A stretch of 64,000 nucleotides of DNA, from assembly GCA_020353515.1 (NCBI GenBank), contig CP070695.1, positions 2,130,571 to 2,194,570 on the forward strand, read 5' to 3'. Shown in pieces: positions 38,020 to 48,080 of the stretch. The position numbers and the translations under genes are program-made. The number at the start of each line of letters is the position of its first letter. The stretch's first letter is position 1. This stretch comes from Candidatus Heimdallarchaeota archaeon (GTDB lineage Archaea > Asgardarchaeota > Heimdallarchaeia > Hodarchaeales > Hodarchaeaceae). The notes under the pieces were generated by a model that did no database searches, was not told the origin of the DNA, and was given only the letters and a program-made list of their open reading frames with translations.

Positions 38020-40635
38020 ATGAAGATGGATGAATGGGAAATTAACTTCAACTTGCGTGCTGGTGACCGATCAGAGCATTTTCAATTTAATGTCAATCCT
38101 ATCAAAAATATGACAAAAGAATTTCCTAGTTTCCCTAAAGATAAACTTTTACGAGCTCTAAAATCTCATGGGGAGAGCAAACAATACAATCTACATTCAG
38201 GAATGATATCTGATCTGAGAATTAAACGTACTGCTGAATTGCATGAGAATCAAGAAATTCATATCCTAATGCTCGTGATGGAGAAAATCGGCCCGATTTC
38301 ATTAATTTTTCGCAAAAGTTTTGAGTACTTAGTCCTTGAAGGCATTGATTCCCACTATACTTATATCGGAGTCGACGCGTTACTTAATGTCTTGGTTCAG
38401 GTAATTAAGCCAGACTCTCCAACTGTAAAGGGCCTTGGAAAAATAACAACCGTCTATCATGCCTCAAACGTTGTTGAATTAACCAGAAAGGAAAGTTTTG
38501 TCTCATTTTTAGATAGTACAGAAGGTCAAATACTTGTTTTTGGTTTAAGCATCATTTTACCAACTGTTTTAATTATTATTCTTCCGATACAGTTTTTAGA
38601 TTCAATGCTGGGATACATAATTTGTCTTGGCACCCTAGCTATATTATGGTGCATTTTTCCTGTTGCAAAGAGGTCGACAAGATACGCTCCACTTGCAGTG
38701 GTCTCTGCATTAGTTAGCTACCTGATAATTGAAGCTTTAATTATATTAAAGATAAGGGTTGGTGGTATAAATCCCTGGGGGATTTTCATTAATATTTCTC
38801 GTCAAAACTTGTTAACGGATCTTAAAAACCAAGAAGTTATATCTGAGCTTGGATACGAAGTATTTCTGGGAATTGAACTCCTGGAGATAATCATTCCCTT
38901 TCTTGATAGTATTTTCATACTATTAATTCCTTTTTCCGTTGGGGTGGGTCTTTCAGGACTATTCATGATATCAGAAAGAAAATGGAAGAGTGCAACAGTC
39001 CTTCGAGTATTTTTTGCAGCATTATTCATTATTTCAATAATTTCTATTCCGTTGGGGTATCATGCGCTCGGTAAAGGATCTGAGGGGACTCTGAACGCCA
39101 GTATAGGTTTGATAGAAACTGCAGAAATGTTTAATCTACAATTTATTGAAGATTTAGAGGCTAATTATGCTGAATTACTTGAACTTATTGCTTCAGCTCA
39201 ACAACATTTAGAAAAGTCCAATAATTCGTTTGAACAATTTGGCCAGAATCCATTAATAGCATTTATTTTACCATCTTTAATGCCTGAAGTTGCTGGGATT
39301 CCCCTTGAAGATTTACCTGAAATATTAACATTAACAGGGGTATTAGCTGACACAGTACCATATATCCCAAACATATTGTGGGGATATAACAATCTGCAAT
39401 CAGGATTCAATCAAACATTCAATATTTTGTTACACACTATTGAAAATCTCCCTCAACCAGGAGGTTTTGGATCAACTATTTCCCAAGAATATGATGTCTC
39501 AATGCTATTAGCTCTCAGAATTTTACAACGAGGTACAAATAACCTTTCTTCTGTAGAAAATCAAATTCTACATCTCATTGCTGAAGTTCAAGAAAAATTA
39601 GACTATTCAGTTTTCGCTGATATATTTGATCTGCTAGCAGAACTTGAGATTGGGCTGCCAATACTCATTACTATCGCAAATAATTCAGTTCCATGGATAA
39701 ATAGTACCTACAAGCTCACTCTGGCACTTGATGATCTTTATGACCTTAATTTTGCCTCAAATACTTTGATAGAAGCAGAAAGAGACTTCAACGCTTCTTT
39801 AGACATGCAAACTCTCGATGTTGAGAGTCTACCACAAGAAGCAGTAATTCCCATTCGTGATTTAGTTAATTTCAGTATTAATTTACATTCGGTTACAAAA
39901 TATTTTATGTTTTCTCTGAAGAATGCTTCAACAACATTTCGATCATTAAACAGTACTCTCTACCAAATCCAAGGAATAAACTTCTCAAATTCTTCAAATT
40001 TTTTAGATCCTCGTTGGGATGACGTTAACCAAGGTTTGCGTAATACTACTGATTCCTTAACAAGTACAAAGGCAAGTTTAGACCAAATGAGTACACTCAT
40101 TGAATCCCAGGATTTAGAATTTGAAGAGTTAGCTGAGCTGAATCAGTTACTTGAAAATCTAAGAGATTTTACCCAAACTGCTTCAGAGAGAGTTGATATC
40201 GTCGACCAATATGTTTCTGCTTTGAACGGAACTCTCCAGTCAGTAAGGTACTTTTCTTTGGGTTCTTACAGTTTAAATAAGACCTTGACTGAATTTGTGA
40301 ATGGTACAGGAAGTTTTGAGCCCCAAACAGCGATATTAAACTTCACATTGTCACAAATAGAAGCAAATGATACATACGAGAATTTAACCGAAGTGAGAGG
40401 CGAACTTTTGAATGAAAGCGCAGTTCTCAATTGGCAAGACTTAGTACGTGGAAATATTACTGATAACAACACTAATTCTATTTATATGAATGCAGAACGT
40501 TGTTTGAACTTGATTGATAATATAGAAGATGCAATTGAAGCAGCTCAAGATGTTTCGCCATTTTTAACAACATTTCAACAGATTCTTAATAGAATGGAAG
40601 GGCTAGATGATAATTGGGATGTCTTTGCCTTGTGA
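38020..40635 (+). CDS. Membrane protein (about 5 TM) with a large helical, sequon-rich C-terminal ectodomain
   Basis: Soluble N-domain of about 165 aa, 5 hydrophobic helices, then about 520 aa of amphipathic helices with about 20 N-x-S/T sequons. Confidence 0.75.
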   Translation: MKMDEWEINFNLRAGDRSEHFQFNVNPIKNMTKEFPSFPKDKLLRALKSHGESKQYNLHSGMISDLRIKRTAELHENQEIHILMLVMEKIGPISLIFRKSFEYLVLEGIDSHYTYIGVDALLNVLVQVIKPDSPTVKGLGKITTVYHASNVVELTRKESFVSFLDSTEGQILVFGLSIILPTVLIIILPIQFLDSMLGYIICLGTLAILWCIFPVAKRSTRYAPLAVVSALVSYLIIEALIILKIRVGGINPWGIFINISRQNLLTDLKNQEVISELGYEVFLGIELLEIIIPFLDSIFILLIPFSVGVGLSGLFMISERKWKSATVLRVFFAALFIISIISIPLGYHALGKGSEGTLNASIGLIETAEMFNLQFIEDLEANYAELLELIASAQQHLEKSNNSFEQFGQNPLIAFILPSLMPEVAGIPLEDLPEILTLTGVLADTVPYIPNILWGYNNLQSGFNQTFNILLHTIENLPQPGGFGSTISQEYDVSMLLALRILQRGTNNLSSVENQILHLIAEVQEKLDYSVFADIFDLLAELEIGLPILITIANNSVPWINSTYKLTLALDDLYDLNFASNTLIEAERDFNASLDMQTLDVESLPQEAVIPIRDLVNFSINLHSVTKYFMFSLKNASTTFRSLNSTLYQIQGINFSNSSNFLDPRWDDVNQGLRNTTDSLTSTKASLDQMSTLIESQDLEFEELAELNQLLENLRDFTQTASERVDIVDQYVSALNGTLQSVRYFSLGSYSLNKTLTEFVNGTGSFEPQTAILNFTLSQIEANDTYENLTEVRGELLNESAVLNWQDLVRGNITDNNTNSIYMNAERCLNLIDNIEDAIEAAQDVSPFLTTFQQILNRMEGLDDNWDVFAL

Positions 40636-40644
40636 AGTCTTTTT

Positions 40645-42120
40645 TTATAAAAAGGAAAAAGCCGATTGTTCTTCAAGATATAGTTTAGGATCCATATCCC
40701 ACACAGTTAGGTCGAACTCGCCTCGCATGGCTGCTAAATCCCGAAATACTGCGCCTGCTTGTTTTTCTTTCCAAAATTGATCTCCATATTCATCAATCAT
40801 TTCATTTATCCATTCTTTTACACGAATGCTTGCAAGTAAATAAGCAGGGGTGTAAAGGTCGTAATCAGGCATAATGTGATGTAACAACCAGTAGTCTCCT
40901 GGCATTTCCCAGAAAAACCGTTTTGTTAGTTCTTGAAATCGTGTTGATGCTTGTTCAAGAGTATATTCTCGCTTCCAAAATTCTAACTTCATAAGAGAGT
41001 TTGCTGAGTAAAAAACCAAGAAAAAGAGATTAATAAAATGTCTTCGATCAATAACCTCTTGGGTAACTTCCTCAGACAACCCGAGTTCCTGTTGCAAGAA
41101 TACAGGGTATTGTAATAACATTTCAATGAAAGTAGAGAATGTTTCAGCAACGCTCATTGGAATAATGTACCTCTTCCAATAAGGATCTTCAGAATTTCCA
41201 GATGTTGCATGGATAGCATGGCCAAATTCATGGAAAACACTAGTGAAATCACTAAATGGAGAAACATGCTTATAGACAACACGAACATCATTGGGGATTT
41301 GTACCCCAAAACAAAAAGCTGAAGGAGATTTATTCTCTCGATTTTCATTGTCAACTTCAATTTGAGCTAGGTCATTTTCAAATCCCCAGTTAGAAAGAAA
41401 ACTCTTTGCAGCTAATATAGGATCCTTTTTTTTGAAATAGGTATTCAGTGGCGAATATATTCGTGCCCGAGCTAAATAGAAATCATCGAAATATTCGAAA
41501 GTCTCTTTATCAAGAATTTCCATGGCATAGTGGTTTGCAACTTGTAGGAATGGCTTTCTTGCTCCATCTCCTAACGCTAATATTAGATCGTATAGTTTCT
41601 CATAAGATAAAAATTCCCTTTCCAAGAAAGCTTCGAGAGGGGAGGATCCATATAGGGAATAAACTTGACGAGAGATGTTGAATCGTTTTAATATCAGAGG
41701 GGCTAGATCTGGTATCTTCTTTACAAATTCATCGAATATTAGTTGTCGGTCCTTTGAATTTATAGATTGAGCATTAAACTGTCTCCAAGATCCCCAATTT
41801 ACTGCTTTTTTATGAATTTGAAACTTTTTTGTTGATATTAATGTCATCCGCTGATCATAGATTTCATTAGATAAGGGTAACTTTCTGGCTTCAGCAATTC
41901 GATAAATTGAATTTAAATAGAAGGACCTTGGTTCTTCATATGAATTCAGGAACTCAGAGGAAAGCCCTACTAACGTTTCAGATAAGGATCCCATGAGATT
42001 TCTATCATAGGGAAGACCTGCGGTCTGATTATATCGTTGTTCGAATAATTGAGTAACATATTTTTCGAATTCAGCCCCAAGATCGTCTATACTGCGAACA
42101 GTTGTGCACACTAGAATCAC
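40645..42120 (-). CDS. Gluzincin metallopeptidase (M3/M2/M32-like)
   Basis: FHEFGHAIH (HExxH) with downstream AETFS third ligand; HH...Y...Y. Confidence 0.82.
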   Translation of the reverse strand: MILVCTTVRSIDDLGAEFEKYVTQLFEQRYNQTAGLPYDRNLMGSLSETLVGLSSEFLNSYEEPRSFYLNSIYRIAEARKLPLSNEIYDQRMTLISTKKFQIHKKAVNWGSWRQFNAQSINSKDRQLIFDEFVKKIPDLAPLILKRFNISRQVYSLYGSSPLEAFLEREFLSYEKLYDLILALGDGARKPFLQVANHYAMEILDKETFEYFDDFYLARARIYSPLNTYFKKKDPILAAKSFLSNWGFENDLAQIEVDNENRENKSPSAFCFGVQIPNDVRVVYKHVSPFSDFTSVFHEFGHAIHATSGNSEDPYWKRYIIPMSVAETFSTFIEMLLQYPVFLQQELGLSEEVTQEVIDRRHFINLFFLVFYSANSLMKLEFWKREYTLEQASTRFQELTKRFFWEMPGDYWLLHHIMPDYDLYTPAYLLASIRVKEWINEMIDEYGDQFWKEKQAGAVFRDLAAMRGEFDLTVWDMDPKLYLEEQSAFSFL

Positions 42121-42181
42121 CTTAATACGGAATTAATTAATCAAAAAAGGAAAAGGAGGAGGATTAAGAAATTATTATCTC

Positions 42182-42970
42182 TTACCCACGACGTAAACCA
42201 ATCCATACAACAATTGGGTAAATCATTATTGCTATTCGAGCAAATAATGAAATTATGGGGACTTGGACATTTATAATCTCGACAGTAAATCCAAGGGATA
42301 ACAAAGCCTGACCAATTGCTAGAACAAGAGTTTGTTTCCACCGAGGAACACCTCTTCTATATAATGATAGTGTCAGATAGAAGAACAAAAGAACAATCAT
42401 CCAGAGATTTGGAAATAGAAAAAGGTATCCAAGGATTTCGAATTCAGGATCATGTTGGGGTTGCCAATCTCCAGCAAGTTCAAGATACTCCCACTGAAAC
42501 GGAGCAGCAGTATATACAATTACCCAAAGAGCAAGCATTATCGCTGGGATGATTAATAATTTCTTATATTTATCCGAGAAGAAACTCTGTGTAAAGAAAC
42601 ATGCTGATAGAATTGCTGATGCAGACGTTACCCAAGCGATGAAAGCGAAGAAATAAGAAAGCCAGAAAACATTAATCTCATCAAAACTATATACTAAGAA
42701 ACTCTTCTTTTCAGGTGCATCAGCTGGAACTACATCAGATGCAATTAAAACCACCTGTTCTAATGCTAATGATACGAGAGCTAAACTCCCAAACAGCAGA
42801 AGTAAGCTCATGTATAGAGTTGTATTACGTTTTGTTCTACGATAAGAATTTAACAAGTATATTCCAAGCAATAAAAAAAGTATAATTGCTATAACGACGA
42901 TTATAATATTTATAAGGTCAATGGGGTCTTCAAATTGACTTATCGCCAAATTTCTTGCACCTTTAAACAT
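42182..42970 (-). CDS. Stand-alone 7-TM membrane protein (sensor-like)
   Basis: Seven hydrophobic helices; basic first loop YRRTKR; no fused output domain. Confidence 0.65.
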   Translation of the reverse strand: MFKGARNLAISQFEDPIDLINIIIVVIAIILFLLLGIYLLNSYRRTKRNTTLYMSLLLLFGSLALVSLALEQVVLIASDVVPADAPEKKSFLVYSFDEINVFWLSYFFAFIAWVTSASAILSACFFTQSFFSDKYKKLLIIPAIMLALWVIVYTAAPFQWEYLELAGDWQPQHDPEFEILGYLFLFPNLWMIVLLFFYLTLSLYRRGVPRWKQTLVLAIGQALLSLGFTVEIINVQVPIISLFARIAIMIYPIVVWIGLRRG

Positions 42971-43194
42971 ATTTTTAATTTTTGGTTAGATTTGTTACTT
43001 CATTCTTAAGAATTTGCTATAATCTCTTTCAGGGGTAGGTGACCCATTTTTTTAAAATTTTGGGTGTAAATTATATTTTCCTTTTAGCATTATTGAAAAA
43101 TATTCATATTTTGGATTTGGACTTCCATTATGAATATTAAAGAATGAGCAAAGATAAGGAATTATACAACATAAGTTTTATCTTAAACTCTTTT

Positions 43195-44295
43195 CTAAAG
43201 GCCTTCCATCCAATCCAAAAATCTTGCAGACACCTGTTGTAAAAGAACTTCACGAATTAAAGGATTTCGTTGAGCACCAATCTCAGCTGCTACTTCTATA
43301 ATGTCCCTGTCATAAGTACTCTGAATCTCATTTAATTTACTATCTTTCTCGTCCTCTGAGTGAGAGAATGCCTCTACCAACATTCCAACCACCCTTAAGA
43401 GTTTTTCGGTTGATTCTTTAACTATGGTATCTATATTGCCTGGATTTTTTCGTAATTGTTTTATTAATTTCTTTGAATACGAACAAGGTTGTCCATTTTT
43501 TATTTGCTTTTTTTCTATATTAACTAAAACTTCATTAGGATAATTTTTAACCAAGTCCTGACTTATCCCAATGATATCGGCGTAAACTGGATCGATGATT
43601 TCTTTTGTATAACTTACTTTTCTTAAATTAACATGCGGTACGACCATGTCCAAACTGTGAACCATTAAATCGACTAAAATATCTGATTGTCCAGTCACAA
43701 ATACAGGGTGACCTCTGAATAATGCTCCTAACACACGATCTTCATTTTTCTTCACTTGAGAAAGGAAGAATTCTACACTACCACCCTCTTTTTTTTCGGA
43801 CAAGATGACTCTCTTTTCAATGATTTGTATCTCTGCAGTTGCTTCTTTCTCAGACACTTGCCATTCCGAGAGAACTTGAGCTAGGTCTTTTGGAAAACTT
43901 ATTTGTCCAGTGTAAACGAATTTCTGTTTTATCTTGTTTGCTAAATCTTCAGCTTTAAATTTTAAAAAAGGAACTTTGTTATAAAGAAATACTTGCTGTT
44001 CTTGAGGTACAAGATAAAATAGGGATGCTACACACACTCCTTCAGGATTTGTCTGTCGAATTTGGAACAAAAGTATAAAACCGAGTTTTCCCAATCCTGA
44101 AAAAGGAAGAATAGCCTCAGCGGTTTCTAAATCTGCAGAACTCATCATTGTTAAGGTCATTTGAGAACGACGGGCAACATGATTAGCTTCTTCTTGATTA
44201 AGTGCTCCAGAATAGAATATGGGAATTGAAAGACCTTGTTTTTGATCAAAAACGGTAAACAGGACACCTCTTTCCAACAAGGGAAATCCATCCAT
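43195..44295 (-). CDS. DENN-like protein (longin/uDENN + cDENN + helical dDENN-like)
   Basis: VLFTVFDQKQG (FD-x3-G strand/loop of uDENN/longin); DRVLGALFRGHPVFVTG (cDENN L-x-G-x-P-V-x-V-x-G); helical C-terminus. Confidence 0.65.
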   Translation of the reverse strand: MDGFPLLERGVLFTVFDQKQGLSIPIFYSGALNQEEANHVARRSQMTLTMMSSADLETAEAILPFSGLGKLGFILLFQIRQTNPEGVCVASLFYLVPQEQQVFLYNKVPFLKFKAEDLANKIKQKFVYTGQISFPKDLAQVLSEWQVSEKEATAEIQIIEKRVILSEKKEGGSVEFFLSQVKKNEDRVLGALFRGHPVFVTGQSDILVDLMVHSLDMVVPHVNLRKVSYTKEIIDPVYADIIGISQDLVKNYPNEVLVNIEKKQIKNGQPCSYSKKLIKQLRKNPGNIDTIVKESTEKLLRVVGMLVEAFSHSEDEKDSKLNEIQSTYDRDIIEVAAEIGAQRNPLIREVLLQQVSARFLDWMEGL

Positions 44296-44410
44296 GAAAA
44301 TAAGAGTTAATATTTCTATTTTGTAGCTAGGTTTTTCTTTAAAACGCTAACTCTGGTCGTAATTTTTAGTATACCTTAATTAATTCTTCCTTATTGTTAA
44401 AATATTAATA

Positions 44411-45070
44411 ATGAAATCCTTCTTGAGATTATTTTTTCAACAACTCAAAAGTTTAGAGATTAAAATTCTAGGTTTTCGCACTTTTATTGCGACAATGATT
44501 GTTGGAAATTTGCTTGGATCAATTATCGGCTTTTTATATTATTTTCAGATTATAGGTCTTTTTAATTACCCTCCAATCTTATGGATATTGATCCCTGACT
44601 GTCCAATGGCCGTACTATTATTATTAGGGGTTTATCTTCAGAGAAATAACCAGAAATTTGCTAATTTTAATTTTTTTGTATTCATACAAGGTATTCGTGC
44701 AGCTGCTATCACTTTTTTCTTTATTGCATTCTTCGAGTCGTTAGATTTTCCATTTGTTTTTATTGGGCATTTTCTTCTGTTACTGCAAGCTATAGCTATT
44801 CTTCCATTATTGGTTGACATAGAACTTAATAAAGGTACATTTTTCACAGTTGGAATTACAGTAATAAATGATATTTCCGACTTCGTAGGATTTCCAGAAG
44901 TATTTCATCCAACTTTAGTACAACTTTCGACTATTCAACCTGTATTCCCCTGGTTTGGCCTTTTTATCTTCGTGTTTGACGTTTTATTAATATTGTTCGG
45001 ATTAGGATTCAAATGGTTCATGAATTCCCCTGAAGTGACTTATTCCTCCTATTCAAAACTAAGATCCTAG
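44411..45070 (+). CDS. DUF1405-like membrane protein
   Basis: GFLYY, WILIPDCP motif, H and ND..D residues, FHP. Confidence 0.7.
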   Translation: MKSFLRLFFQQLKSLEIKILGFRTFIATMIVGNLLGSIIGFLYYFQIIGLFNYPPILWILIPDCPMAVLLLLGVYLQRNNQKFANFNFFVFIQGIRAAAITFFFIAFFESLDFPFVFIGHFLLLLQAIAILPLLVDIELNKGTFFTVGITVINDISDFVGFPEVFHPTLVQLSTIQPVFPWFGLFIFVFDVLLILFGLGFKWFMNSPEVTYSSYSKLRS

Positions 45071-45211
45071 GATAGGGACTATAGAATTAACTCTGAATAT
45101 CCATCTTCTGTTTACTATTAATCACAATACTCCTATAGGTTAATCTTAGTTTTTGTATCAAAAATCGCTCATTGCTTTATATTGTTGTGAAATCACTAAA
45201 CAATAATATTT

Positions 45212-46819
45212 ATGCTGATTTTTAATGAGAGAATGAGAATGATGAAAAAAAAATATGATACTCCCCTTGCACAAGCAATTGCTGATGCTTATGCAAATGG
45301 TGAGGACGATGAAACTCTAGAACCAATTATTCTCGTAGATGAAAATCATCTACCACAAGGCCGATTAGAATCCAAGGATTCGCTTATTTTCGCAAATATT
45401 CGAGGAGAAAGAGAAGTAGAACTAACCCAAGCTCTCACAGAAGAACGATTTCCACATTTTCCTACTCTTTATCTTAATCTCACTGTATCTACTATGATAA
45501 TGTACCATCCTGATTTGAATGTCAATGTGGCATTTCCCCCGACTGAAAATCTAAATAATAGTATAACCGAATTCTTGAGTAAAAATGGAAAACGAATCCT
45601 AAAATGTGTTGAAAGTGAAAAAGCGATCCATCTTACCTATTTCTTCAATGGAAAACAACATTCAAAATTCCCTAATGAAGATCAAGTAATTATTCCTTCA
45701 CATGAAACAGAAGATTTAACTGAATTTCCTGAAATGAAATCAGCTGAAGTAGCCAATACTACTATCAATGCTATGACAGATGGAAATTATGATTTAATTG
45801 TCACAAATATATCGCCTTGTGACGTTATGGGACATATAGAGAGAAAAGAAGTAGTTGGAAAAGCGATTCATGAAGTTGACGAACAGTTAGGTCGTATAGT
45901 TACTTCTGCAATAACTACTGGGTATACAGTATTTGTTACAGCTGATCATGGAGTTGCAGAATCTTGGCTTTACCCCGATGGAACCATTGACACTGGACAT
46001 ACATCTAATCCTGTACCCTTCTTGATAATTTCTGATAAGACGAGTGAAATACAATTAAGAAGTGGGGGTTCTCTTGTTGACATTGCGCCTACAATTTTAG
46101 AAGTCATGGGCCTTGAAAAACCTAAAGAAATGCAGGGAAAAACTCTCCTGCAGAATGAAATATCATTCAAAAGTCATTATGTTCTCCTATTAATTTTAGA
46201 TGGTTGGGGTTACAATCCAGATTCATATGGTAATCTATTCTTAGAATTTGGCACACCTAATATGGACCAGTTACGAAATGCGTTTCCTTTCACTACTCTT
46301 ATTGCTTCTGGACCACCTCTTGGTATGCCAGAGGGAACAGTTGGTAATAGTGAAATAGGTCATCTACATATGGGGATCGGAAGACGTGTTGTAAGCGATC
46401 GAGTAAGAATATTTGATGCTATTAACAATGGAGAATTCTTCCAAAACAAAGCTTTCCAAGAAGCTATTTCAAAAGCTAGAGAGAATAATACTGCTCTGCA
46501 TCTACTAGGAATTATTAGTTTCTACAGTTCTCATGGTTCAATTAAATACCTTGAAGCGCTAATGGAACTGGCTGAAAGAGAAAAACTTCCAAAAATCTAT
46601 TTACATGGAATGTTAGGACGACGAGGGGAAAAGCCAGAGGCAGGGGCTCATTATGTAAATCAAATTGAGCTTAAGGCTAAAAAAATGGAAAATATCCGAT
46701 TCGTTTCCGTTATTGGTCGTCATTGGGCGCTCGATCGAGAAAAGAATTGGGATAGAATCCAAAAAACTTATGATATGTTAGTCCATGGAAAAGGAAAACA
46801 TATTAAGGATTTTCAGTAG
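45212..46819 (+). CDS. gpmI: 2,3-bisphosphoglycerate-independent phosphoglycerate mutase, circularly permuted
   Basis: All iPGM motifs are present (ILDGWG, GNSEIGH, GRHWALDR, ESEKAIH, DVMGH, TADHG, HTSNPVP, DIAPTIL) but the two halves are swapped. Confidence 0.88.
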   Translation: MLIFNERMRMMKKKYDTPLAQAIADAYANGEDDETLEPIILVDENHLPQGRLESKDSLIFANIRGEREVELTQALTEERFPHFPTLYLNLTVSTMIMYHPDLNVNVAFPPTENLNNSITEFLSKNGKRILKCVESEKAIHLTYFFNGKQHSKFPNEDQVIIPSHETEDLTEFPEMKSAEVANTTINAMTDGNYDLIVTNISPCDVMGHIERKEVVGKAIHEVDEQLGRIVTSAITTGYTVFVTADHGVAESWLYPDGTIDTGHTSNPVPFLIISDKTSEIQLRSGGSLVDIAPTILEVMGLEKPKEMQGKTLLQNEISFKSHYVLLLILDGWGYNPDSYGNLFLEFGTPNMDQLRNAFPFTTLIASGPPLGMPEGTVGNSEIGHLHMGIGRRVVSDRVRIFDAINNGEFFQNKAFQEAISKARENNTALHLLGIISFYSSHGSIKYLEALMELAEREKLPKIYLHGMLGRRGEKPEAGAHYVNQIELKAKKMENIRFVSVIGRHWALDREKNWDRIQKTYDMLVHGKGKHIKDFQ

Positions 46820-47234
46820 ATATGGAACTCAAAAAGTGCTTCATCTGGAATAAAAGCTTTGGAATACTATGATAAGAATAAAGGGTGAGATTTGGAGATG
46901 TATTTCCCGTAATCATGGCTGAAATAACTCTGCCATCTTCATAAACAGCCAAAACTGGCTTATTAAGCGATAAAGCGTAAGCAATTTCATATCCTACTCC
47001 TGTACTAGGAACAGACACTTCTGCAATGACTATGTCACACTCTTGAAGGAAGGAAATATCTTGTGCAAAAATGTCCGTATCAGTCATCGACGTTTCAATT
47101 TCGAAGACTTTAGGTGAAGCTACTTGAGGGGTGAGGATTTCATATCCATTTTCTTGTAAATAGTCATTAATAACCTGATAATTACTTTGCAGTTCACGAC
47201 CCCCTCTTATTGATCCCGAAAGGTAAATTTTCAA
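46803..47234 (-). CDS. 2'-deoxynucleoside 5'-phosphate N-hydrolase (DNPH1/Rcl-like) / nucleoside 2-deoxyribosyltransferase
   Basis: KIYLSGSIRGGR, AEVSVPSTGVGYEIAYA, SAMITG. Confidence 0.88.
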   Translation of the reverse strand: MKIYLSGSIRGGRELQSNYQVINDYLQENGYEILTPQVASPKVFEIETSMTDTDIFAQDISFLQECDIVIAEVSVPSTGVGYEIAYALSLNKPVLAVYEDGRVISAMITGNTSPNLTLYSYHSIPKLLFQMKHFLSSISTENP

Positions 47235-47235
47235 T

Positions 47236-48042
47236 TTATTGTCTCCTTTTCTTTTTTGAACTAAGTAAAAGGTTACAATACGCTTTTACTTTCTCATCAG
47301 TAGTCTCACGAGCTAATAAACCAATAGTTTCTAATAAATGTGCCTTTTCAACCTTTTTTATTTGATTTTTTTCACAAAACTTTGTCAATTGTTGATCCAA
47401 AATAGGATTTGAATGTAATAAAGCTGCAAGGATTTGAAAAACTGTATTATCTTTACGTCCCTTTCTCAACGCCTTAAGGGCCATTTTTTCTGATTTTTGG
47501 AATTTTCCTGACCGATATAGTGGAATGATCACAGGATACCAGTCTTTAGCCCTTTGTTTCATCCAATCTTGAATTTCGCGAATATCATTCACTCGTTCTT
47601 CCCAGTGCTTTTTAAATTGCTCATTTGGGAACCTTATTTCTGGCCAGGCTTCAATTTTGGCTACTAATTTCACATATTCATCATAACGATCGATTTGAGC
47701 TTCTCTTTCTCTAATAGCAAATTCTAGTGCTCCTAATACGAATCCAGCAGAGAATTCTTTAAGGCAAACCTCAAGATTTTCTCGAAAAATCACCTCTTGA
47801 ACCTGTTCTAAGAGTTCCCTATTACTTCGTAGAGTTGATTCTGATTCTTTTGAGATTTCTTTGGGGTGTTGCTCAAGATAATCAAGAGCCCAAAATAGGA
47901 ACATCGCTTCTTCTTCTGATTGTTTTGAACGAATAAACTCAGAAATATCTTGTGGGCTTCTAGTAAGAAGTAAAAGCTTTATTTGATCAAAATCTACCTT
48001 AGGTTGTGCCAAGATATTCCACTCAAAGATAGGAAATATCAA
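47236..48042 (-). CDS. Hypothetical all-helical protein
   Basis: Long ORF with helical, charged composition; abuts the DNPH1-like gene. Start uncertain. Confidence 0.65.
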   Translation of the reverse strand: MIFPIFEWNILAQPKVDFDQIKLLLLTRSPQDISEFIRSKQSEEEAMFLFWALDYLEQHPKEISKESESTLRSNRELLEQVQEVIFRENLEVCLKEFSAGFVLGALEFAIREREAQIDRYDEYVKLVAKIEAWPEIRFPNEQFKKHWEERVNDIREIQDWMKQRAKDWYPVIIPLYRSGKFQKSEKMALKALRKGRKDNTVFQILAALLHSNPILDQQLTKFCEKNQIKKVEKAHLLETIGLLARETTDEKVKAYCNLLLSSKKKRRQ

Positions 48043-48079
48043 ATTTTTTTTTAAAAGAAAACGAAAGAGGAAAAGAAGG
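48043..48079 (-). terminator. Pyrimidine/T-rich tract after the HEAT-beta-sandwich gene
   Basis: The minus strand reads CCTTCTTTTCCTCTTTCGTTTTCTTTT directly after the stop, consistent with archaeal oligo-T termination. Confidence 0.4.
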
Positions 48080-48080
48080 G

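Noticed and set aside
42182-42970. Rhodopsin or true GPCR
   Set aside because: There is no retinal-binding Lys in TM7 and no DRY/NPxxY motifs; only generic 7-TM topology is visible.
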